This document shows positions 35,850-46,504 of a stretch of DNA of 46,504 bases, one piece after another (position 1 is the stretch's first letter; each line of letters opens with the position of its first letter). The translations under genes were made by a program, and so were the position numbers. Origin of the DNA: Toensbergia leucococca (taxonomy: Eukaryota); assembly GCA_022813965.1 (NCBI GenBank), contig JALDZS010000182.1, forward strand, positions 1 to 46,504. Reading direction: 5' to 3'. The notes beneath the pieces are model-generated. The model worked only from the letters and a program-made list of their open reading frames with translations. It was not told where the DNA came from and made no database searches.

Positions 35850-38222
35850 AGATTTAAATTGAAAGCAAGTCAAAAATATAGAAAGGACGGAACGGCGAGA
35901 TGTGACAATACAGCAACTGTTGCGACGATAATTACTTTGAGTAACGAAGACAAAGAGCCATCAGAGGCAGACCTTCATCTCATAATGACTTGAGATGAAA
36001 AATGAAGACGTAAAATCCTAGACCTTTCTACGCTTCACGTCACCGCCTCAGTCCATATTTTGAGCTCTGATGAGTTAAGCAAATGATTTGAGACAAATCA
36101 ATTCTTTCATTTCATTGAACATATACTCTTTTCTTGGTTCTTCCACTAGACATCCTTTACGCAAAAGATTGCTGAAACACATTATGTACTTGGTCTCAAT
36201 CTTTGTTTTTACCAAGCCCAATCGCGAAGCCAGATAGCACCAGGAATCTTAGAAAAAATTGATGAAGTACCACAGAACTCTTGTAGAATTGAGTGTCCGC
36301 CAGCACGCTTGACTTTTTTTTGATTTCTGCTTCCATCACCTTCAGAGCCCTCTGCGTGCCTGAAGTAAGAGCATGGTTCAGACGTGTAGGAGCTGTTTCT
36401 ATCTGCAAAGTATTGAGTGTGGACATGAGGGACGTTTCACCTCGTCTACGTATAAAGTCTACCTGAGTTTGAGTCATCATCAATTTAGTCTGCTGCGAAA
36501 ACACACAATGCAGAGGACAACCAAACAAGCACGAGGGTACTCAAAGCTCAAGACCACCTTTGAATCCGGCTTGTTACTGCCTGGAGAGCTGGGAGATATC
36601 TACGCAGAAATGGAGAATCAGAGCTCCGTTCAGCCTCTGAGATCATGAGTCTGCGACCTTTCGGGGACGCGGTAGAAGTCGCGGAGATATCGGTAGGTTC
36701 TACACGCCTTGCATTTTATGTGCTGAACCTGATTAATGGCATTATATAGGCAGGCGCGTCGTCACAAATTGTATGTGAGGTTTCCCCTGAAGCTACTGGT
36801 CTGGTTAGAGACCACGAAGGTGATACTCACGAGGCCCAAGACAAGGAAAGTTGACAGATCAAAGGTCCTTCTTGTTCAAATCACCACCAAGATGGATCAT
36901 TTGATATCCATGATAGCTTATCGACTCAAGGTGATGTGAGACATCTTTTGTTTTTACCATAAACAAAGTTCCTAAGCTTGGGACCAGGCGGGGTCTCAGC
37001 TCAGATAAGGAATATACAAAAACTAAGAGAGAAAATGAGACATGGCTACCAGGAACCTCATGGGCTGTAATCAAAGCTTTCGGACGTCAAAAGTCATAAC
37101 GATGATGATGCAGACTCCACAACAATAGCTGCTAGAGTCATGGTAAGATGAAGTCTTTCTGAAGAGTCTACTCAATTCCCCGCTGCGAGAATAAATACCA
37201 AGAGTGGTCATGAGAAAATATGACACAAGTACACAGACAAGAAGGGGAATAGAAAGAAAATGAAAATAAAAGTCACCTGCTTTCTGTGAAAGCTTATCTT
37301 CATACTGAGTCTCTTGCAGTGTTACTGTCAAAACTGAATGAAAAGATCAATGCCGTGAATCATCATCAAGATATTTCAAAGCTTGAGAAGAAGAAGATGA
37401 AAGAAGTAGAGCTGATATCACCTTCAGTCTTTCAGTTCTGTTTACTAATGAGAGGTAAACATATACCTATCTTCTCCCTGCCACGCGTCAGAAGAGAAAA
37501 ACATTGACACAAATTGAGGGATGGTAACAATTCAGCCGAACTACAACAAAATGACCAATGCATACCCTGTAGCGTCTGATAAGATTTCAGATTCCCACCG
37601 TCATAAGGTTCAATCTTAATAGGACTTCACTTTCAAAGCGTCCTGGATCAACGATCCAATCGTTCAAATACCCAGATTCATCTCAACCAAACGCCTGCAT
37701 TATATTACATGACAAGAAAGCAGATTCTATTACTATCTGAATACTTATATAGGACCTCAAATTAATCACGGAATTCGTGGCGTAAGTTTTGAGATTATGA
37801 AGGACAAAACAACTCAAAATCACTGAAGGATAAAGAGTTACAGTATGTTTTCCGAGACACCGATACGTTGACGGGACGATTCCAAAAAGACTCCTCAGGT
37901 CTACCGAGATCAGATTTTGAAGATCCCATGCGACGACTGTAATTGGCCTTCCGAGTCATTTCAGGCTTTAGAGACAGTCAGTCCCTTTCCTTGCAATAAA
38001 GGAAGGTTCATGTTTTTCTTCCTGACAAACTCTTGCAAGTCACGGCCTTTTCAAAACCTTGTAACGAAACTCTATTTCCAGGCTTTGATGGCTGACACAA
38101 GTAAAAAATGGTGAGATGGCAATCCAAGGACCGATAACTCATTAAAATATTTGGAAATTCCATCATGCTGAGGCTTCAGCTTTAATTCCATTAATCAGTG
38201 AGAGTCCCGCAGCACAGATACA
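35850..38222 (-). mobile_element. Second, very degenerate gypsy-like pol relic on the minus strand
   Basis: RT/RNase H junction-like LTSGTQRALKVMEAEIKKKSSVLADTQFYKSSVVLH..SGFAIG (36196-36370), RT-like GYQMIHL and *RRACLY, and protease-like QEFVRKKNMNLPLL..LTV. All are partial matches. Confidence 0.4.
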
Positions 38223-39501
38223 AAATTAACTGACTTCTCCATGTTTCTATTTGCTCTCCATCCATTCACATGTCAATATCTCTTGTATTGTTTTTGGACT
38301 ATTGCAGGAGGAGTGCCTGGCCATCAACCCCCGCCTTCAATCAATTTCTCAATGGAGGGTACCACCAACACACTCATAACAATACCGGGGATGTTATCAC
38401 TTCTGAGTTCAGTGGCGGAGGGGTCTCTCACGGTGACCGGGGCAATCATGGTGTAAGTCTGACTGTAAAGTCAGACTCTTATGTATAGATTTCTGAATAG
38501 CTGACAAAAGCGTGAAATACAGAAGAGAGAACACGGCCCCCGGCAGGCAAAGAAGAAGAAGAAGAGAGCAGAGGCGGCGGCGGTAAGTAAGCTGCTTAGC
38601 TGTTAATGACGACATAATATCATCAGTTTAGTATCAGGCAATCACCCCCATGGCTCTCAATGATGCCCCTTCGGCCGCCCTCAGTGACCTCCTCCCCGCC
38701 GCCCCCGCAACGCCGCAGCCTCTAGCAACCCCGCCGCCCTCATCTGGGCCAACCACGCCCGCTCAGTGCCCCCCCTGATCATCCCGGCCATCTCAGACCC
38801 AGCACTCCTGGCTCGCAACCACCGCGCCCACCTCGCTGAAATCGCCTACACCACCCCCAAACCCACCACCACCGCTGATGAAGAGACCCTCACCCTCTCC
38901 CCCGATGAAGAGGAATGGGACATAGAAATGGACAAGGATATTTGAGGAAAGCAAACGCTCCTTCCCCAAATTGCGCCCCTTGCCACTCCCGTCCCAGTTG
39001 CACCCCCCGGCCCACGGTATTGGCTATTATAAGCTTTCCCCTCTTTGTAAAGGTATGCCACTAATCTGGAACAAGAATCTCGACCAAAGACATTCTAAGA
39101 AGAAGCGTTGTGGGCATTTGTACTGTCAGACTTCTCAGCTGAGGTCTCTAAAGCACTGGACAGCTTCCGGCTTGACGAAGATGACGGGCAGACTCTCCAT
39201 ACTGACCTTCGTGTGTTCAGGTATCAGCAATCACCCTATTCACCCCACAACCCCATGCGGCGTTAGATCTATTTTGAATATCAGCATATCTATTAGATCT
39301 GACATAGATGAGATCTGAAGAATGAAGCACTTTAATGGTGTCCTTTAGCTAAAGATTCGTAACATTCCCTCGATTGGGCAATGAACTTAAGATAAATAAC
39401 GCGGGGTGGCGAGGTTTCCCCGAAGCGCAAACCCGCCGGCTCCACTTCCACTACGACCCCTTTGCTCATCTGTTGACTATGAAAAGAAGGCCACAAGACG
39501 C

Positions 39502-39591
39502 TGCATTCAGTGTGTAAAAAATACATCTTTCAGGCCTTGTGATAAAGTGCTGCCTGTCTGCGGTGGTTGCAAGAAACGGGGTATTGTGTGC
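39502..39591 (+). pseudogene. Zn(II)2Cys6-like binuclear cluster inside a decayed gene
   Basis: CIQCVKNTSFRPCDKVLPVCGGCKKRGIVC followed by QY = C-x2-C-x8-C-x6-C-x2-C-x6-C, with a basic lead-in KKATRR and the CD...P-x-C signature. A TGA follows 7 codons after the last Cys. Confidence 0.7.
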
Positions 39592-41729
39592 CAGTACAGA
39601 CCGCGACAAGCTTGAAAAGAAAGGGTCCCTTGAGACTTATTGTCAATCACGTATGAGAGAGCTCTAAGCAAGGATACAATCACCATCAAGGCAATCCTTG
39701 ACTGAACGTATCTCTTCTTCACTTTCGCAGGCTTGATGATCAGATACAACACAATATCAATTCCGCAAGTATCATCTGCCTGAACGCTTCTTGAAACAAG
39801 GACATTATTAAGTTGACGTCCCATTAGAGCTCTTCTCTGTCTTACCTGGCGTCAAAGTTTGATCCGTCAACAAATTACTCTTTTCTCATCATTGATATCA
39901 GAAGCTAGCGGGGACGACCAGGGGCTCAGAAAAACCGAGGAAACCTGTCATGTCAGAGCAGGCAGATTTGTTCCATAATTTTGAAAATCACTACACGTTA
40001 CTAATCTCTTGAAAAGCAAAGCACTCAATCTTTCAGAATTTCTGAGCGAACCTTGGAAACATGTTCAATGCCTCTGGCCATACCTTTGGCGTCCTAAGTG
40101 ATTTGACCGTTCTACAATATTCCTTTGTTGTTCCACCAAAGAGAAATAATATGGTCTGTATCTTGCCTCAAAATATGCGATTATTGAACGCCGTACAGCG
40201 GTGAATATTTCTACTTCTCCCATCTGGATCTCTATACTTCGGACGATTGAGCCCATTGCCGGGAATGGGGCTGGAGAAAAGCCCCAAGCTTTCGCCAGCG
40301 TAATCCTCTCTTTCTCAGCTGTCAGTGGATGCTTTGTTTGATGGGAAGACAGGCGCTATCCAGACATCTCCAATCAGTCACTTGAGCGCTAGTAAGCTGC
40401 ATGATTGGTCCAATCTGGATTGCTCACTCAAGCTGCCTAACTGGGACGCATAGAGGATGACAACCTCCCCACCTACTGGCGCCTGCAATAGAACCCGGGG
40501 AGGAATACAGACGATGACTCTGGATCTTCACGTGATGTCAGTGATGAGTACCCGACAAGACTCTCGCAAACCTCATAAGCATATCAATTGTAAGTTCTTA
40601 GGTTTCCCAGCATACAAAGGGTGAAACCAAGACGGGTTCACACTTGAAACGGTTGTCTTACACCTTTGATTTCTGGATGACTATCAGGGTTTCCGATACT
40701 GCGACGCTTACAACCACAGAAGCAGAATACCGATTTAAGCGATTATCAGTTTTCTCTCATTAACAGGATAGGGAATGAATGCAACTGTTGAAACACCTAT
40801 AGAGAACCGTGAGATGGAAGCCTTCTCTGGCGAATTCTTCTCCGTCCTTGAGAAGTGGAGCTTGGCCAGCATTATCGACATCCGCTGAGTGCTCATTTGC
40901 TTTGCAGCCGGGAATGACGGCGCAAAACAGCGCGCTCCTACCTTGGGCTTCTGAGATATGACCCTACAAAATACCAAGTTTGACATCAGTAATGAAAGAA
41001 ATTCAAGCGGTCTTCCTGTTTCTCACGACCCTGATCTTTCCCTCGACGACGTCGACGGAGATTCTCATAAAATTCACAATTCGTCGCAATCGGCCAGCTC
41101 TAAGGAATCCCTGACATCTATCATTCAGCTGAATACGCTGCGGTGATTCCTCTCTTTCACTTTTTCCTCTCTCCATCTTCCAGATGCGCGTGTTGTCGCT
41201 ATGACAATCACCGTCGGAATTTTTATAACCTCAAGCTTCTACAATAGATTTTCTCTCCTTGAATCGCCACCATTGTTTATCAGAGAACCGTCGATGAAGT
41301 TGCCTTCAATTCGCCAAGTTGATTATTTTTTCTGCATCTATTTTTGATCCGTACATCAACGTGGAATACCAGAATGAGATATATGAAGCAGGATATACCT
41401 CATACAATTCCATATGCAGATTGCTTCCTATTCGCCATCACTCGATAACATCAACACCAACGTACCAGTCCACCTGTCATGGTTTAAGCAGCGTCGTAAT
41501 CTAGTACGATTTTGAGGATAGCAAATATATATACTTATATCTATATGTACTTTTCTACTTCATGCGGATTCTATTATCTAAGCCCCCGACCCAAGTATTC
41601 TTATCGAGGCCTCGACTAACGTGGCTATCATACTGCATCCGACATCAGACCAGCCAGCAACTGAATCGACAGAGTCGAACACCCATGAGGGCCTTCCCGT
41701 GTCTCGACCTGTCTCGCCTTTTTCGTCTG

Positions 41730-43320
41730 TACAAGTAGCTGGTACGATACGTTACCTACACCCAGCAGTCAGGTTCGCGGTAAAGAATGGAGACCCTCGA
41801 GGAGGCTACATCAACACAGAACCGCCTAGAATCCTGACAAAGCCAGGAACAAATACCGCTCTTACCAAATGACACATAGAAATTGCAACGGATAGTTCGC
41901 GCTCAATCAGAATCAACACTACCAAAGTCACGTCTGAGAAAGCTGATTGATCTGCTCCTTTGTGAAAAACCTTTGAGCGCGCAAGTGTCTGAATTCAAGA
42001 TATGCAGATAAAAGTATCACAAGCAAAGACTCTGCTTTGCTAAGAATAGTGGTCCGCACCTTCTCATCTATTTTTCTTTCAAGAAACATTTGAACCTTTG
42101 ACCGTTATCATTGGGAAACCGCCCACATATCATCGTGTGCACCTTTGCAACATGGGTGAAACGTTCACTCAACCCTACGACCATCCCTACTGTCAAAATG
42201 ACGGATTCTAACCCAGACTTAGTTTTAGATTCAGAAGAGCCGATCGTCCTCGGCCGCATCAAAACACTGTGCAAGGGCCTATTTAACCGAGTTATCTGTG
42301 ATGAAGCTCATTAAATCAGACCAAATCGCCTCACACTCAAACGTCTCAATCTGTGAAGCTTCTCCCTTGTTCATTGAGAACATTGTCTGAACTGACCCCA
42401 CCCTTCCATCATCTCAGCCGTTTCAGGCCCCTCTCACAGCACGTCAGAGAAGGTCTGCATTTATAGAGTCAGTATCTTGACCATCATCTAGAGCCATTGA
42501 CAAGGTACTGCTGCGTGCAGACATTCAGGCATTTGAGAACGCCATCGCAGCTAAGCTTCCCACTTCCTCACTTTCCTCATCGGTCAGTACTGGGAACACA
42601 CCCACGCCTCCAGCACTCAGGAAGCTCGCTTGGTGGATTTCTCTGCCAAGGTCGCTGCCATTGGTTTTAAACTACCCACGACATTGCCTTCCTCATCGTC
42701 CAACAAGCTTTTGCAGCTCACCTACACTCCTCAAGACTCACGAGCCACTTCATCGACGGCGAGTACCTCAGCTTTCGGAAATACAACAAACCAAACCATG
42801 ACCTTTACAAGGAGCCTGTTAAGACGGTCAAAGATGAGGTTAGCAGAATGGTTAATGCCGCTGCTTAGATGCAAGTACATTGCGTTGATGATCTATGATG
42901 GCTTGAGTTGAGGATGCCCTTTTCAGGCTTCAGTCTCTCAGTCAATCGCCTGTCAAACACCAAAGAATGTCTCTTGATGAAGTGTTCAACACCTTTCTTT
43001 TCATCTTTATTTTGATTTTTTAAAAACACTTTACTTCAACGGTTCTTGTTCTTCAAGGCTGCTGCAATAAAATCCGATCCTGGCTCGGAACGTCAATCAT
43101 GGCAGAAAACTCACAGTACATCTCTAACCCCTTTAAGGTGAGGGTCATGAATGCGTTGACAGAGACCGTACAAGGCATGATGGAACTTTGAACGCAGATA
43201 GAGCATGAGATTCGCTGACGTATGGTCTTGAAGATATGAAATTGGAACCCAATTCAGGGGCGGTATGAAACCAGGCTTTGAAGCTAGATCAGCAGGCTGT
43301 CACCGTCATCAAGATTGAGC
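41730..43320 (+). pseudogene. SNF2-family helicase/ATPase relic
   Basis: HIIVCTFAT (motif Ib-like) and LFNRVICDEAH*I (motif II, DEAH at 42300-42311). Upstream QVAG..GG is Q-motif/motif I-like, and downstream QALKLDQQAVTVIKI (~43270-43320) reverts to a motif VI-like RLGQ..V.V. Confidence 0.62.
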
Positions 43321-44794
43321 AAGGACTTAAGATGATAATATCTACTTTGACAGCAAAAAGAAAGAGACAAGCAAGACGTTGATTGAAGCGGACCGGATCG
43401 TAGACGAGATAAAAGCACAAGTCCGAAGAAACGAAATCCGCCATAGCGGCATTAAGGAAATGATTGATCTTTGTGGGTGGACCGCAATCAAAGCTCATTG
43501 GTATAGATCACACCGACACACATTCAAGTCACCTTATGAACACCATAAATACTATCAAAAAATAATATTCAGCTTCAGTGGGCGCGCCGCTATGCAGCGC
43601 GTCACCTCACTCAAATCCAATACTCAGGAATCCCGACAAATTCGATTCGAACCTATACCTCACCGAAACTTGGTTCCGAGAGATATAGCCATATTACACA
43701 AACCAACCTAACGCACCCATGGACAAGACAACAATGGCAGTGTTTAGAAGGAAGTTGGATAATTACCGATTCGATTCGATTACAGGCCGTCTTCTACACA
43801 AGATCTGACACCGATGGACACAATCTCCATCATTAGGGAAGAGGTAGCACCCATTCTCACTGACCTATACGATAAAATGGGGCACTTCGCATGTAAAATA
43901 ATACTGGATAAGCTGGACTCCGCGCCGCCCTCCTCCCACCCCTCACCCCGCCGCTCACCTCATGACTTTCAGCCGCCGCGCGCCTCCCTGGGGTCCTAGT
44001 CAGAAATATATTTAGAAGGGGGCACTCGGGGGTTTGTAAAAGATGAAAATGTTCCTAAACTCAAGAGAAGAGATCAAACACAAGGGGGATGAAAAAGGTA
44101 GTGAAAACAACATGCAGAATGAAAAAGGGTGTGACGCAAAGATGTCAAGAGTGAGCTCAAATTATTGAGAGTGACATAGTCTTTGAGGATGCGCTAGAAG
44201 GCAATCAGATGAGCCTCAAGCGTGAGACATCAGAAGAATGGCAGTGACAATGTTATAAAAGGAGACGATGAAATGTCTCCTCAATCACATCTCTCATTGT
44301 GCTGATCAGACCTTTCATAAGGTAGGTAAGTCATTCAGATTCATCACTTCTCTCATGTCTTGCCTTTGTGTGCTCTTTAGACCTTCATCTTGATCATGCC
44401 TCCACGAAATTAACAAAGCTCGTGAAATGAAAACCCTCAATTCAAGACGCCGGAGTGCTTCACTATAGAAGAGCCTGTTACCCTGAAAAGAAGGAAAGCT
44501 CTCTGGGAGCCGTCGTCGAAGCTTTGGCGTGCGCAGACATGATTCAGGTCAGGTAGCTGAGTAAAGAATCAAACATAGGCATATGACTCTAGGATTACGG
44601 TCGGAGTCCTTTAGAATGCACCAACCCGCTGAATTTTCTCGGCAGACCTAAAGACTTGAACAAAAGTTTCAGCATCAAGTATAGATCACACACTGGTGTA
44701 CACAATTGCTAGAAACGATGGCACAAGTGACCAAAGTACGGGTGGGCGTGGGGACGGAAAACACTCAGCCATTTCGACCTGCTTATGTGTCAAC

Positions 44795-45211
44795 ATGATT
44801 TCACATCAGTCACATCTACCAGACCTGGCCGATTCTCCTACGCCGGTAAAAAAGTCACGACTCATTAGGAACATTGAAGACCTATCGTTACCCGTCGCCT
44901 TCCCTCCAGTAGACTCCAACATGGCGAAGGCAGCTCGCAAATATCGAGCCATGACCAAGGCTCTCTCTGAATTAGATGCTATCATCGTGGCGACCAGCCT
45001 GAAAGTCCAGACAATAGTTGAAGCATCTTCTGAGGACCTGACGAACCCTAAAGTGAAGAGGATCCTAGACGATCTGAGTCTACTACATGTGGGACTCAAA
45101 AAAGGGCTGAAACACGTAGAGGACGCCCTGAAAAACTATCCTGTGCTACAGGGTCGAATCTTCACCCATGGTGAGAATGTGCGCCGCACGGGAGGTCAGT
45201 TTGGGCTATGA
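44795..45211 (+). CDS. Hypothetical helical/coiled-coil protein fragment
   Basis: Open frame from the first ATG (MISHQSHLPDL..) of about 138 codons in a region otherwise full of stops; no recognised domain. Confidence 0.3.
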   Translation: MISHQSHLPDLADSPTPVKKSRLIRNIEDLSLPVAFPPVDSNMAKAARKYRAMTKALSELDAIIVATSLKVQTIVEASSEDLTNPKVKRILDDLSLLHVGLKKGLKHVEDALKNYPVLQGRIFTHGENVRRTGGQFGL

Positions 45212-46282
45212 TTGTATTTTCAAGAATGATATTGATAAGACTAAGTTCAAAGGTGAAAACAAATACAAGCTTCACTAGTGTTATATGAGAGCTTCAGCGA
45301 CGAGCAAAGGAGCTGGGAATCACACCATCAAAGAAGAGACCACGCTCAGATGAGGGAATGGATGATGAGTTTAGTGGCCCGCGTCTCAAAAAGAAGTTTA
45401 TTGAAAAGCAGGGTCAGGTGTCAGGGAAAATGCTTTGCTTCAGTGCTGAATACAAGAAGAATATGAGTGTTATGACCAGAAATGACTTCTCATTTCATCT
45501 CTCATGTCTCATCACAGCCAACAAAGTTTCTAGAAGCTTATCTGAGTCCGACATTTGAAATCTTCAGGCCTCACAAAAGAGCAAGAATAGTCAGCTATGA
45601 TTACATGAATAAAGCTTGAGTGTATTTAAGATCATAAGAATAGTCACAAGATTGTATGTAGGAAGGTGTGCAAAGCACTTTCAGCTCAGTGTGATGATTA
45701 AAAGTTCAAGCACATCATTCTCTATTAATGTTTGAGAGAAAAAGTGTGTGCGCCTTTGTCATTGCTTTAAAGAAAGATGTTTTTCAGCTGCAGAGCAATT
45801 TGATTGAAAACCAAGACAATGTCACCTAAAGCTGTTGAAGTTGTTTGAAGCTCAAAAGGTGAAAGATTGAATCTAGATGTTGATATTGTAAACATAGAGT
45901 GATATCATCATTAGACATTACAAGAGTGCGTCAAAGCAAATTGTGTCACAGAAATAATCAAGAAAGATTGAGTTGTTTAAGATCTTAGAAAGAAAAAATC
46001 TGAGCTCTGAAGGGAATTACATTTGAAGGACATTTGAAAAGTAGCAAGAGCTCAGTGCGCGTTTGAAAGATTCACAATTGAGGGCAAAGGGTTGCTCTCA
46101 GACCATTGTATCCCTTCCTCTGTTATACGGGCAGCCATCTCTTAGTGTCACCGTAGTGGTTAGTGCCCGAGTAGGGCAACCAATCAAACCATCAGGATCA
46201 TACCTAATTTCTTTTTGTCAACATGTAAACAAATCTTTTCCCCTCGGTCGCAATAACCTATCACACCCTTCATAACATCAAG

Positions 46283-46504
46283 ATGCGAGTCAATGAAACT
46301 GAAAATGAAGGGGTATCTGATACCCTACCTAAGGAGCTTCAAATCAAGAAGAGGAAGCGATCTGCGGAGGAGATAATGGCCGATATTCCACCCCCAGATA
46401 TCAGATATTTCCCTCTACAATTTGCTCCGCGAGCCATTCAGACTACCATTCAGGATCGGGAGGATCAGGGGCCCCTACAGCTGATGGATTACTTTCTGCT
46501 CTTT
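46283..46504 (+). mobile_element. 5' end of an intact ORF running off the window, resembling the N-terminus of a fungal piggyBac-like (DDE_Tnp_1_7) transposase
   Basis: MRVNETENEG..KKRKRS (NLS-like)..YFPLQFAPRAIQ..GPLQLMDYFLLF, similar to the P-x-x-x-F-x-LF start of the piggyBac core. No stops, and CC/GG are retained unlike the upstream DNA. No catalytic residues or TIR are visible. Confidence 0.5.

Overview
Eukaryotic DNA from a filamentous ascomycete (Pezizomycotina-type GT..CTRAY..AG introns of about 50-75 nt). The left ~28 kb is a mosaic of genes and small decayed repeats. It holds a probable retroelement LTR, a small cysteine-free tandem lectin-like gene, a 60-bp tandem array, an FAD-dependent monooxygenase, a CRIB-motif protein and alpha-actinin (ain1, 6 exons). 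These are followed by an APH/Aim9-like kinase-fold gene with one premature stop, an O-methyltransferase, an intronless bacterial-looking SAM methyltransferase with an in-frame TAG, a small two-repeat hydrophilic protein, a heavily mutated ~645-bp tandem duplication and a 9-exon secreted GH13 alpha-amylase. The right ~18 kb has almost no intact genes. Hand translation through stops and frameshifts shows relics of a GNAT acetyltransferase, a HeLo-like domain followed by kinesin-light-chain-type TPRs, Ty3/gypsy pol fragments, a Zn2Cys6-like cluster upstream of an SNF2-like helicase, and a possible His-Me finger. The window ends in an intact ORF start resembling a piggyBac-type transposase. A recurring signal is a RIP-like C->T bias at the 5' C of CC (GG->GA, Trp TGG->TGA) rather than canonical CpA->TpA. 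All family calls come from motif recognition by eye; no database searches were run.
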